Assembly: GCA_037447605.1 (NCBI GenBank)
Contig: CM074815.1
Location: forward strand, 186,001 to 250,000
DNA from: Zygnema circumcarinatum SAG 698-1b
Taxonomy: Eukaryota > Plantae > Zygnematophyceae
Direction of reading: 5' to 3'
DNA: 64,000 bases
The notes below the pieces were generated by a model. The model was not told where the DNA came from and ran no database searches. It worked only from the letters and a program-made list of their open reading frames with translations. Each line of letters begins with the position of its first letter. The stretch's first letter is position 1. Position numbers and translations under genes: made by a program. Shown one piece after another: positions 42,219 to 57,800 of the stretch.

Positions 42219-44068
42219 CAGACAGAGAGAGAGAGAGATGGCATCATCATGGAGAAGGACTTTTCCGTATAAAGGAGCAAAGGATAAAGCAGCAGTGAAG
42301 TGGGCAAGAACCTGAGCATACACAGTCGCTTTATTCGGAATAATTTTCGCTCCTTCCTTCAAAAGATTTGCATGCGCGTGCCGCAGCGTTGGCAGAAGTC
42401 CCTCTCCAAGAAGTTCTGAGTCCAAAATTTCGGACACCTGCCCGTTATGTTTCTTGTTACTTCACATCGGTCCCGATTTGTGAATATAAATCATTAGAAA
42501 CTTCTCCCTGAAGTAAAAAAGAATTGAAGTTTACAAAACTCCAGACGTTTCTTCGGGTTTCGGAGTTGAACACCCAATTTTTAGGGTTTTTAGATTTAAG
42601 AGGCTTAGAAAGCTCAAGCTTAACAACTATGTGAACTACCAAACATGTACTGTACAGCCCCACACCCAAAAATAAAAGATATTTAACCCCAAGAGAGACA
42701 TGAAATGTAAAAATTTAGGATAAAAAAAATCCTCACCATCACATCTGCCTTCTGCGGTAGGTCTTTCCCAGCGCCGCATTCCATCTCATCTGATCTTTTT
42801 CCGATCAAACGAATCGAGGTCCCCATCCCATTCACTTCAATGACTCGCCGCGCGAGATGAGCCATGGGAGGAAAGCTCTCACAGGTTGTGACATGACCCA
42901 CAGAAGGAGAAGATTCCGAAGGAAGGTTAGAGATGGCCGAACTTTTAGGATCTTGCGGAGCTGATATTGGGTTCGCGTGTGAAGGGAGATGGAGGAGACT
43001 TGGATGGCTTTGCTGTTGATGATGATGATGATGCTGGTTTGTTTTTTCCAAGTATGAAGAAGCATGGGAGGGGTTGAGTGTGCGAATAATGTTGGCCTTC
43101 GATTCCAACGTTCGCTGCGCAAGCATCGCAAGGAGACCCGTGCCAGAGCTGCATACAAAAAGCAGATAGGGATGATCCAATGAGCAATGGAAAATGGGTG
43201 TTTGCTTGCATGCATTGCTCTAAACCATAAACTCTGAACTCCTAAACATTTTACCCTGAACCCTAAAGCACTACAACCTGAACCCTAAAACCCTAAAACC
43301 TGAACCCTAAATCCTGAACTCTTAACTCCGAAACCAAAAAATTATAAAACAAAGGAAGAAATCAGTATTCATGCATACGATATGTATGCCACAGAAAGCT
43401 GCAAAAGAGGTGAAGGGAGCTACTTAAAAAAAACTAAAAAGGGCTATATTTGATGAACGAACGGAGAGGGAGCGAGAGGGCAAAACACATAAAAACAAAG
43501 ATAACATGAAAAGGAAAAGAAGCTCAATTTCATCATTTTTTTTTTTTTTTTTTGCTCACCCGACATCAAGCACATGGTCGCCTGCCTTCAAAACCTTTTC
43601 GATCGCCGCCGCATAGATCTTATTGCGATAATCATCATTCAGCATATCAAGATATGACGAAGCCGCAACCTGCTCAGAAAAAAACGTATTATTGCTGCTC
43701 CGACTACTTCCCGCCAAGATATCTGGGCGAACCTGCTTCCTTTCGGCTTGCTTTTCGGTTTGCAGATTATTCTCATCATGATCGGCATCACCTGTATCAT
43801 CTTCTTCTTTCATTTGAAACCCTTTTTTTTCGATACCAACATCTTGTTGCTGATCGGCATGTATCAATATCCATTCTGAAGCACCGGTCGCAGGGTTTAT
43901 TTGCTGCGCAAACATTATTTTATGGTCAATATTTGAGGTTGCTTGGCCGAGTTTTGAGGGATATTGCAGAAATCTGCACGCGGCAGAATGGAAGAAGGCG
44001 GAGAGGCATTTGGAGAAGGTCCTTTGCTTGGTTGGAAGCGCTCTGCAACGGGTTGTCACTGAGGTCAT
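37557..44068 (-). CDS. PRMT7: Protein arginine N-methyltransferase 7 (tandem PRMT modules), ~988 aa, 13 exons
   Basis: Exons (minus) 44068-43560, 43148-42737, 42437-42312, 42133-41972, 41788-41670, 41273-40637, 40475-40107, 39819-39746, 39490-39397, 39082-38945, 38626-38552, 38210-38105, 37702-37557. Motifs: SYLDMLNDDYRN, VLDVGSGTGLLAM, TTCESFPPM, VSEILDSELLGEG, AIISWWVL, RDHWRQC; second module DDSLLL, AEPYY..LPW..LRFW, DLWKSR, GFDH, CHAIVLWLDW. Confidence 0.94.
43245..43325 (-). repeat. Degenerate telomere-like (CCCTAAA/CCCTGAA) tract in PRMT7 intron 1
   Basis: CCCTGAACCCTAAA...CCTGAACCCTAAAACCCTAAAACCTGAACCCTAAATCCTGAA. Confidence 0.75.
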
Positions 44069-44273
44069 GCTTTCACCATCTCAAGATAATTTGAAATTAA
44101 AATTTAAAAAAAAAATTTGAAAGAATGCTCATAATGTGATTGGTCATCATGCCAATCAAATCAGAAGGAATTTGACAGAATTTTTTAAGAAAAATTCAAA
44201 ACGGTTCTTGAAAAGTAATCCTCAAATGTGAAGAGGAGTTTGATATTTAGGGTTAGGCCCCTGTAACAGGTAT

Positions 44274-44401
44274 TGGTTTGGTTTGGCTTGGCTTGGTTTG
44301 GCTTGACTCGGCTTGGCTTGGCTTGGCTTGGCTTGACTTGGCTTGGCTTGGCTTGGCTTGGCTTGGCTTGGCTTGGCTTGGCTTGACCTGGCTTGACTTG
44401 G
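44274..44401. repeat. (GCTTG)n pentanucleotide array between PRMT7 and NIR
   Basis: About 25 units with TTTGG and TTGAC variants. Confidence 0.93.
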
Positions 44402-45275
44402 TGTATCAGCCGACTAGTCATTGGTACGGCCAGAGCGACATGTTGGTCGGTCAATAAAGTTGTAACCGAAACTCTCCTCCGCAAACGAACGAACTGCCTG
44501 ACTAGCTTGAGGTAGCAACTGAATTATGAATAACCAACTAATGACTAAGTTATGTTCCCCCGTCCCTTTAGAGCCTCCACAAGCCAAAGCTTGCCCTCGG
44601 GCCGCCCTCGAAGGGAAACCCGATCCGAGTCCTCGTATTGTCGTACATATCTCGAATCCACGAGATGCGTCGAATCTGGCGTTTCTGCCCAAAATCCACT
44701 CACCATCGACCACGTGGAAAACGCGATCCTCAATCCATATCATAAGATCCTTTTGATAAGAAACGTACAGAATCGGATTTCCTTCCAGCGACTAAGAATC
44801 TACGATTCCCAGATCTTCCCCCATCAGATCGTCCATCCGTACACACCCGGCCCTTCGAAACGTTCAAAACTCCCCCCAATCCGGCCCTCCCTCCCCCGCC
44901 CCCACGGGCCGCCGCTCCGCCAATCAGAGCGCCCCCTCGCGCCCCTTCGCGCACTCAGGCGGCGGCCCCTCCCTCCCCGCCGCCGACGTGGCACCCACCG
45001 ACCATCCACCGACATTTCCCTCCTTCCCCTCGCTTCCCATTGGTCTGCTCATCCCGTCACGTGTCAATCGTACAGTTTGTACGGCCCTGCCGACCACGCG
45101 GCGCCGCGACCGACCAATGGCGGCTTGACTGTGCGTCGGTGCAGCCACGTGGCGCGATTGAGAGGCGCGCTCCCACGTGTGTGACCTTGAGTCCGCCCTT
45201 TTGTCGGTGGCGCCCCCTCGCCCTCCCCAGGCAGAGAAGGGCCGCCCCCCCCTCTCTCCCTGCCCCCCCGCCCCG

Positions 45276-45283
45276 TATATAAA
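45276..45283 (+). promoter_or_regulatory. Probable TATA box of the nitrite reductase gene
   Basis: TATATAAA ~130 bp upstream of the ATG, followed by a CT-rich leader and preceded by G-boxes and CCAAT boxes. Confidence 0.7.
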
Positions 45284-45404
45284 GAAACCTCCGTATTAGA
45301 GCACACATCCTTCTCTCACTCTCTCTCCTTCTCTCTCTCTTTCTCTCTCTTCTCGCACTCTGTCTCTCTCCCTCCACTCGCTCTCTCTCCCTGTCTCTCT
45401 CAAG

Positions 45405-50695
<5,291 letters not shown>

Positions 50696-51860
50696 GCATT
50701 TTGGGTTTGTGGGGCTGTGGGAGTGGGAAGGGTAGGGTTGTAATGAGTTAGCCAAGTCAGGGTATGTGAGAAGATTGCTCTATCTCTCCCCCTTCTAGTT
50801 TTGGAGTCTCTCCTCGACGAAGGGGGGTAGAGGGTGGTGCTATTCTTAGTATTGGTAGACGAGTGAGAGGGATGGGAGATTGGATGATGACCTGTGACGG
50901 TTCTAATAATGACAGATGGAGGGTCTTGTGTATAGAAAGATCCGTCTTGTCGATGTAAATCAAAAAGCCAAGAATGAAATTCAGCTATCGAATGTGATCA
51001 TAGAAACGTTCGGTGCTTTTCTTTGTGGCGTGTGAAAGAGCTGTCTTTGTGCGCCTATCTCTGCTATGCGCTTTGAATGCGGAACATAACATTATGAAAT
51101 CCCGAAAAACCCTCTTCGAAATCTCTGGTGATTCTTCAAATGGTGGAAAATACTGGGTGGGTGGGGGTTGACTAATGGGTAGAGGAATTTCTTTGACTTT
51201 TCCAGCCTTTGATTCAAGTAGGAGGTTCCATATTTAGAAAGGTTCATTTCAGTATAACTCTTTCTAGCAATGTGGGTAGTAACAGCGACATCCGAAGTAC
51301 TTCCTCCTAAAATTTCAAATTCCGTATCGATTTTTCCAAGTCGGAAACTCCCTATTCAATTTAGTTATTTTCTAATATACGTATGTTTATCACAGTTCCA
51401 CACCCTCAGGACCCATAATTTTGGCGCCATATCTCAACGCCTAAAGAACTGCTCTCGTTTTTTTTGCATCATGGACGGGCTAGAGGGAGGATAAAGGTTT
51501 TCGGGTATGGAGTTTTAGGAGTTAAGAGTTTTAGGGATTCACATTCTCATCAGCCTTTTCAACACTCAAAGACACGAAAAAAATAATTCAAGTTAAAAAC
51601 GGCCACATTTGTCACATTGTGATGACTGCGTCAACACCCTCAGCTTAGCACGTTGGACATAAAGGATGCCAGACATTCATCTCTCCTTCACTCCCTCCCC
51701 TCTCTCCCCCTTACTCTACCCATCTCTCATCTCTCTCACCAGTCCCTCCGCCCCCCTACTGTCCTCTCCCACATCTCCCTCCTCTCTTCCCCCTCTGCCC
51801 TCTCCTCTCCCCCCACTCTCTCTCTCTCACACACACACACCACTCAACCCCATGCCCTCA

Positions 51861-54800
51861 CTATATCTGCCCCACTGCCTTCTCCTTCTTATCCTGCCCA
51901 AAGAGCTCCACCTTCTTCTTTTGGGTGAGAAGGCCTCCTCCCCCCGAAGCCACCAGTACCGCCTCAGCTTCCTGTCTCTGCAACCTCCTCTCTGCAATCT
52001 TCTCCTCCCACGTCTTCTCTCTCACAACCTCTCTCGCAGTCTCTCTCACTCTCACAACCTCTCCTAAAGGAACATGCCCCCCTACATTCTCCACCGGTTT
52101 AGGGACCTTAGTGAAATGGTCCTTCGTGGAGGACGTGTCCTTCAGCTTCTCACGAGAGGCCTGATGGCTTTGATCTGCCTTTACAGAACAATCTTTCCCT
52201 CCTATCTCGTCCTTTGGTCTCAAATGAGAGTGAGAGTCAAGTGGAGTGGAACCCTCCTGAGTGAAATTCTTGTCCGTGCTCTCCTTTCGCTGACTATCTC
52301 CATCCCGCCTCTGGCGGTCTCTTTTCTCTGTCTCTTTTCTGTCCTCCTGCTCTCTACCCTCATCTTGCCTCAGGTGATCTCTTCTCTTCCCCCCTCGCCC
52401 TATCAACTCTCTGCTTTCTTCTCGTCTCTGGTGCCCTCTGTTCATCTCTCTCTCCTTCTGCTCTCTAGCTTCTTCTCGCCTCTGGTGATCACCGTTGTCA
52501 GACTCTCTATCCCTTCGTTCGTCTCTTTCTCCCCTCCTACCCTCGCTCTCGTTCGGCTCATCACCCCCTCTTCTCTCGCGATCTCCTCTCTCACCGTCTC
52601 TCTCCTTCCTCTCTCTACCTCCGTCTCTCGATTGGTGATGTCTCTTCTCTGTATCCATCCTCTGCCGCTCCCTACCTTCGTCCCTCCTCCTGTGATCACC
52701 ACTCTTTCCCTCTCTCATCTTCTGCTCTCTACCTTCGCTTTCCCTAATGCGATCTCCTCGCTCCACCCCTCTCTCCTTCTGCCCCTCCCTGAACTCCGCC
52801 TGTCCCTCTTTCAGCACTGTGCCCTTTTCTCCCCTAATCTGATCTGCTTTCTCCCCCTCCCGCTCCCTCCGCTCTTTACTGTCTGTCCTTCGGTGATCAC
52901 CTCGTTCCATTTCCCTCCTAACCTTCTGTTGAATTTCTTTCTCTAATACTCTCCCTCTATTGTCTACAGATCTCTCATTATAGCCAGCAGTTTCACACCC
53001 TCTTCCATTTTGCAAAGATGTCATATCTCGCACCTGCCTTTCTCTCCCGCTCTCACTCCTATCCCCAACTCCTGGACTACCGGATCCCACTTCAGGACTT
53101 TTTCCATCTTGAAGTTTCCCTGCTTCAATTTTGTTCATTTCAACACAACCTTTAATATTCCTATCCAATTCTCCCCCTCTTGAGACCCCCGGTCTCAGCC
53201 TCTCGCTATAAGACACGTCTCCCTGAACTTTACTACCTCCACACTCTAACTCGTTTATCACATCGGTCATATCTGAACCGCCACGCCCATTCACTTGATG
53301 TTCTTTCTCAGACTTTATCTGTACATTGTGCTTCTCCGAACCTACCATCACGATACCTCCGCCATTCCCTTCTGCTTTGTTATCTTGGCCTTTACTACCA
53401 CTCTCTCCTGGCCTCTCCTCTTTCCTGGATTTCTTTTTACTTTCTTGCATTTCTTCACCCCTCGTAGACACACATCGCTTAAGGTCCAGCTCGCCCCAAA
53501 TCCCTTCTCTTGGTGTTCTACTTACATCATTCTCACGGCTCCCCTCCCCTCCCCTGCCCTCCCGATTGCCTCGCGTACCTTGCTTCGATATATTGTCAAG
53601 CTTTCTTGCATTTTCTCTTTGCTGATCACCCTCTTTCCTTCGCTTCGAAGCATCCTCTCTTCTTTCTTCATCTCCCGTATCTCTACTCCTTTTTCTTCCC
53701 TCATTTTCTTTAATCTTCCTACTCGCCCCTCCTTCCTCTACACTTCTTTTTCCTTTCCCTCCACTCTCTTCCCTCGCCGACAGTCCCACCGGAACCTCCT
53801 TACCACTACCTTCAAGAGCTTCAGGACGACTTTCTCTTTCTATCTGCCTGCCATTTGAATCCTCCCTTCCATTCCTAAAAGCCCGCTCGCGCTCTACCAC
53901 TTCCTTCTTCTGCCTCTCCCTCCATATCTCCATTGCCTGCTGTTTCTTCCTTCTCCGCTGCTCCTCGTTCTCCAATTCTTTCCTCAGGGTTCTATTCCTC
54001 CCTTCCTCGTCTAGCCTCTCCTTTTCTGCATTTTCCGCCACCTTCTTCCTATCTGCTGTCAATGCTTCCTTCTTAGCATTCGCCGCTGCAATAATTTCAG
54101 CCAAAGACAACTTATTTCCCTCCTTAACCGGACCTTCTTTTTGCTTACTAACCTTTATATCTCCGATATTATTCACAGAAAGGTTCCTTTCCACACCCCG
54201 ACGAGCCTCCCCACTATGTATATGCTCTTCACTTTTGAACGAAGAACTCCGACTCACGGAACTCGGCTTCCTCCATCCACTCTCTCTTTCAACTCTCTCC
54301 TTCACTCTCCTCTCCTCCACCGTTTTTGTCCCTTCCCCATCTTTGTTCCCCCCTTGGTTTGTTGCATCTACGGGATGAGTCTTCCTTCCTTTCTCCTTCT
54401 CCCTCTCCTCCATCCCTTCATTCATGCTTCCTCGTGTAAGATATGTCATCCCTGTCCCAGTGACCACCTTATCGACATTCACTGTTTTAGTACCTCTCTC
54501 GTCCCAACTTATATTAGCAATGCGATCCTGTTTAATTGTGAGAGATGAATCTCTGCTATTCTCAAAAGTCATCTTTCTCACACTCGCCATCTCCTTCTTA
54601 GCCTCCGTCTCCCTCTCCTCTTCCAACTTCCTCCCCTTCTCTGCCTTCTTCTCTTCCTCCTTCCTCTCCACCTCATCTCTCCTTTCCTTCACAATATCCA
54701 TTTTTTCAAAAGTTGCTACTAAACTAGCCTCCACTGGTGCCAAAGTCTCTTCCAGGGAAACTTCCCTTCTGTTCACTCCTCTACTTCCTCTCTCTCCTCG

Positions 54801-57800
54801 AACATTATCACTATTCGCTCTCACTTCCAAATGGTCACTCTCTCTACTCACAGAATCAATCTCCATTGCCGCATTTCCCTCGTCAAAGGAAGCAATTTCA
54901 TCTGCCCCCATCCTGCTCTTCAAAGACGAAACCCTCTGAACAGGAGGGTTGGGATTCTGATCTACCGCCCCTGCTTCCTCCTCAATACTCGACATCTCTT
55001 CTTTGCCAAACGTTTTTCGACCATTAGAAGCTGCTGGCGATGCAGTAGGGGATATACTCATATTACTACCACCCGCGGATACACTGCTTTCAACTTCCGA
55101 TATCGTCAATAAGCGGTTTCGTGGCGTATTCAAAACTCCCTCGCTCATGTTTCCCACTTGATCAACATTCCCCACTCGGCATCTTTCTTGTATTCCTCCC
55201 CTCTCTAACATAAAAGTTGAAGCAGGTAAAGTAGATACCCTTTTAAGCCCTTTAAAGACATTGCTATATGGTCTTTGGGCCTTCACTACAACTCCTCTAC
55301 TCTCAGCATCATTCAGTAAAGCAGCCCAGGGCCCATTTCCTCTCAAAGTTGCAGCATTTCCCAGTAGCCACAGGGAAATTCTTGCCCTAGTCAGAGCCAC
55401 ATTCATTCTCCGAACATCGGCCACAAAACCAATAGTGCCTCTCCCATGTACTGGACCTGTAGCTGCTCGGACAGTAGAAAATATGAGAATGTCGACTTCT
55501 CTACCTTGGAAGCCATCGACTGTGTTGAATTCGATCTCTCCCGCCATTGAAGGTCCAAGGGCTCGAGTGAATCTTTCACGGAGAAGAGAGAGCTGCTGCT
55601 TATACGGAGTGATTATTCCGATTCGACCGGGTCCGACTTCTTCCGAATATCTACAACATGACAAATTGCGTTCATTGGTATGTGATTAAGAGCAAAGTTG
55701 AAATTCACTTAGTTTACTGGGCAGTTCCAGTATTGCACGTTTCAATAAGTGAAAATACGGAAGAAAATAGACTTCTAGAGCTCTCTCATCCCCTCTCTCC
55801 TCTCCTCTCTCTCATTTCTTTCTCTCTCTCTCACCTTGTCTGCAGAGTCCTGAAGAGCTCTAAGGCCATGTCTGCTTCCGCATCATTACAGAGAGAAGGG
55901 GTTGAGCCTCGACCCATCCTCTCCTGCCCATCAACTACATCAAATACCACATATGGGCCAAGGCCAATCTCCTCATGGAAAGGTGCGTTCCTTGTGGCGG
56001 CCGTTACATTGTTCCCATCCGTTAACTGGCCATCATAGAAATGCTTCGAGGGGAAGTGCCGAATTTCTGGATGCATACGGTACTGCAAAACCCAACCATG
56101 AAAACTGCATAATCATTAAGATACAAACTCTTCCATTGAAAGCTTTAGATTAGCTTAAGCCAGGAATTACGCTAGACGTCAACGGAAGCATAAATCTACA
56201 GATATATATATTGCGCAGAATTAGATGTCTATATGCTTTTCTAAAATGTTCCAGAATCAGGGAGGTGTTTATAATTATTTTGTAGCCATCCCGTGCCGTT
56301 TCTTTCCCACCTGAGTACTCAAAAGGGCGACCGGAAGGCCTGCTTTCTGCAACCTCTCAAACATACTCCGTTCATAGGAAAGGCCGGCTGCTATCTGTGA
56401 CAGAACTGTAGCAGGTAACTGCTTAGGATCGCCAACCTGCAACCCCGGATACCCCCTCTCTCCCTCTCTCTCGCTCAGTTTTTTGTTGAAAAGAAACAAA
56501 AAAACATTTTTTTTCTCCAGCAATAAGGAGCTCTGCCTAAACTGAAACAGCTTTTATGATGTCGCTCACTTGAAACAATAGCTAGTATTTCAAAAACGAA
56601 TACAACCAACACGCTTGGTTACTTCTACAGCAGGAGAGTGAAGTTCTGCACCATGATGCATCGAGCGTTGGTTTCTGCAAGGAGCTGGAGAGGAATGAGA
56701 GTAGCAGGCTCCAAAGCCTGTTGTCATAAGCAGCACATGCAGAAAGGAAATATTTAGAGAGGGGAAGGGAAGGATAGGGAAAAAGGGAGGCGAACAAAAC
56801 AGAGAGAAAACAGGGTTAGACAACAAGACCGAGCGAGAGCAGAAAGAGAGAGGAGAGGGGAGGGGGAGGGGCAGGGGGAAGGGAGGGGAGGGGAGGGGAG
56901 GGAGGAAGGGAGGAGGGGAAGAAGAGGGAGGGAGGGAGGGAGGCAGGGAGGGAGGGAGGGAGGGAGGCAGGGAGGGAGGGAGGGAGGGAGGGAGGAAGAG
57001 AGTGGGACGGACGGGCCACAATCAAGCTTCTTGACTCCGTGTTGATTCATTTGAAGTTGTGCCACAAGAAGCCCTTCAATAGAACACAATTGGGTTGCTC
57101 AACAAGGTTTGCTCATAAATTGAGAGAGGGAATAAAGATAATTTTAAAGAATTTCACATCTACCCTCATCTCAATCTCACCTGGGCAGCCTCGTCAATAA
57201 TAACAGCGTCGAACCATCCTTCGTCCCTCCCTTCTGCTCCCTTTGTAGTACTACCACTCCCATATCCTCCATGAGTTCCCTTATTTTGACCACCTCCCAA
57301 AGGCATATCAAAGCATGCATTGTATACATCTCCTCCACACCCACTAAGAGTTGTTGCTACAATCTCCGCCTCCCTTATTATAGTCCGCTTTAGAGCCATT
57401 CTCATAGCTCTACCTTCCTCAAAAGTTTTCCTTTCCTCCCTCTCCACATTAGCTAGAGCAGCTCCGATCTCTCTCTTAGACCTATAGAGCACATTCAGCC
57501 TCGCCTTCACGGCAGACTCTCCCATCTTCACGACATCTGCTGCTTGAACACTGAGAGGATCATTCTCTCTCTCATCTCTACTCCCTTCCTGAAGTCCTCC
57601 TTCCTGTATCCCCCCTTCCTGTCCCCCTCCTCCACTACTCCCCATCTCCTCTCCCTCTTCTCCCACTTTCTCCGCCTCTCTCGGCTGCCTAGATCGCAAC
57701 GCTTCTATCTTCTGAATGAGCTCCATTTTGCTTTCCAGCTCCTTTCTCAACTCCGCTGCCTTCTCTCTCGCAGGAATCTCCCCATCTCCCTCACCACTCC

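Noticed and set aside
52074-55027. Plus-strand Leu/Ser/Pro/Phe-rich ORFs (e.g. 290 aa) opposite the SEN1 tail
   Set aside because: Antisense shadows of purine-rich coding sequence, which is naturally poor in stops.
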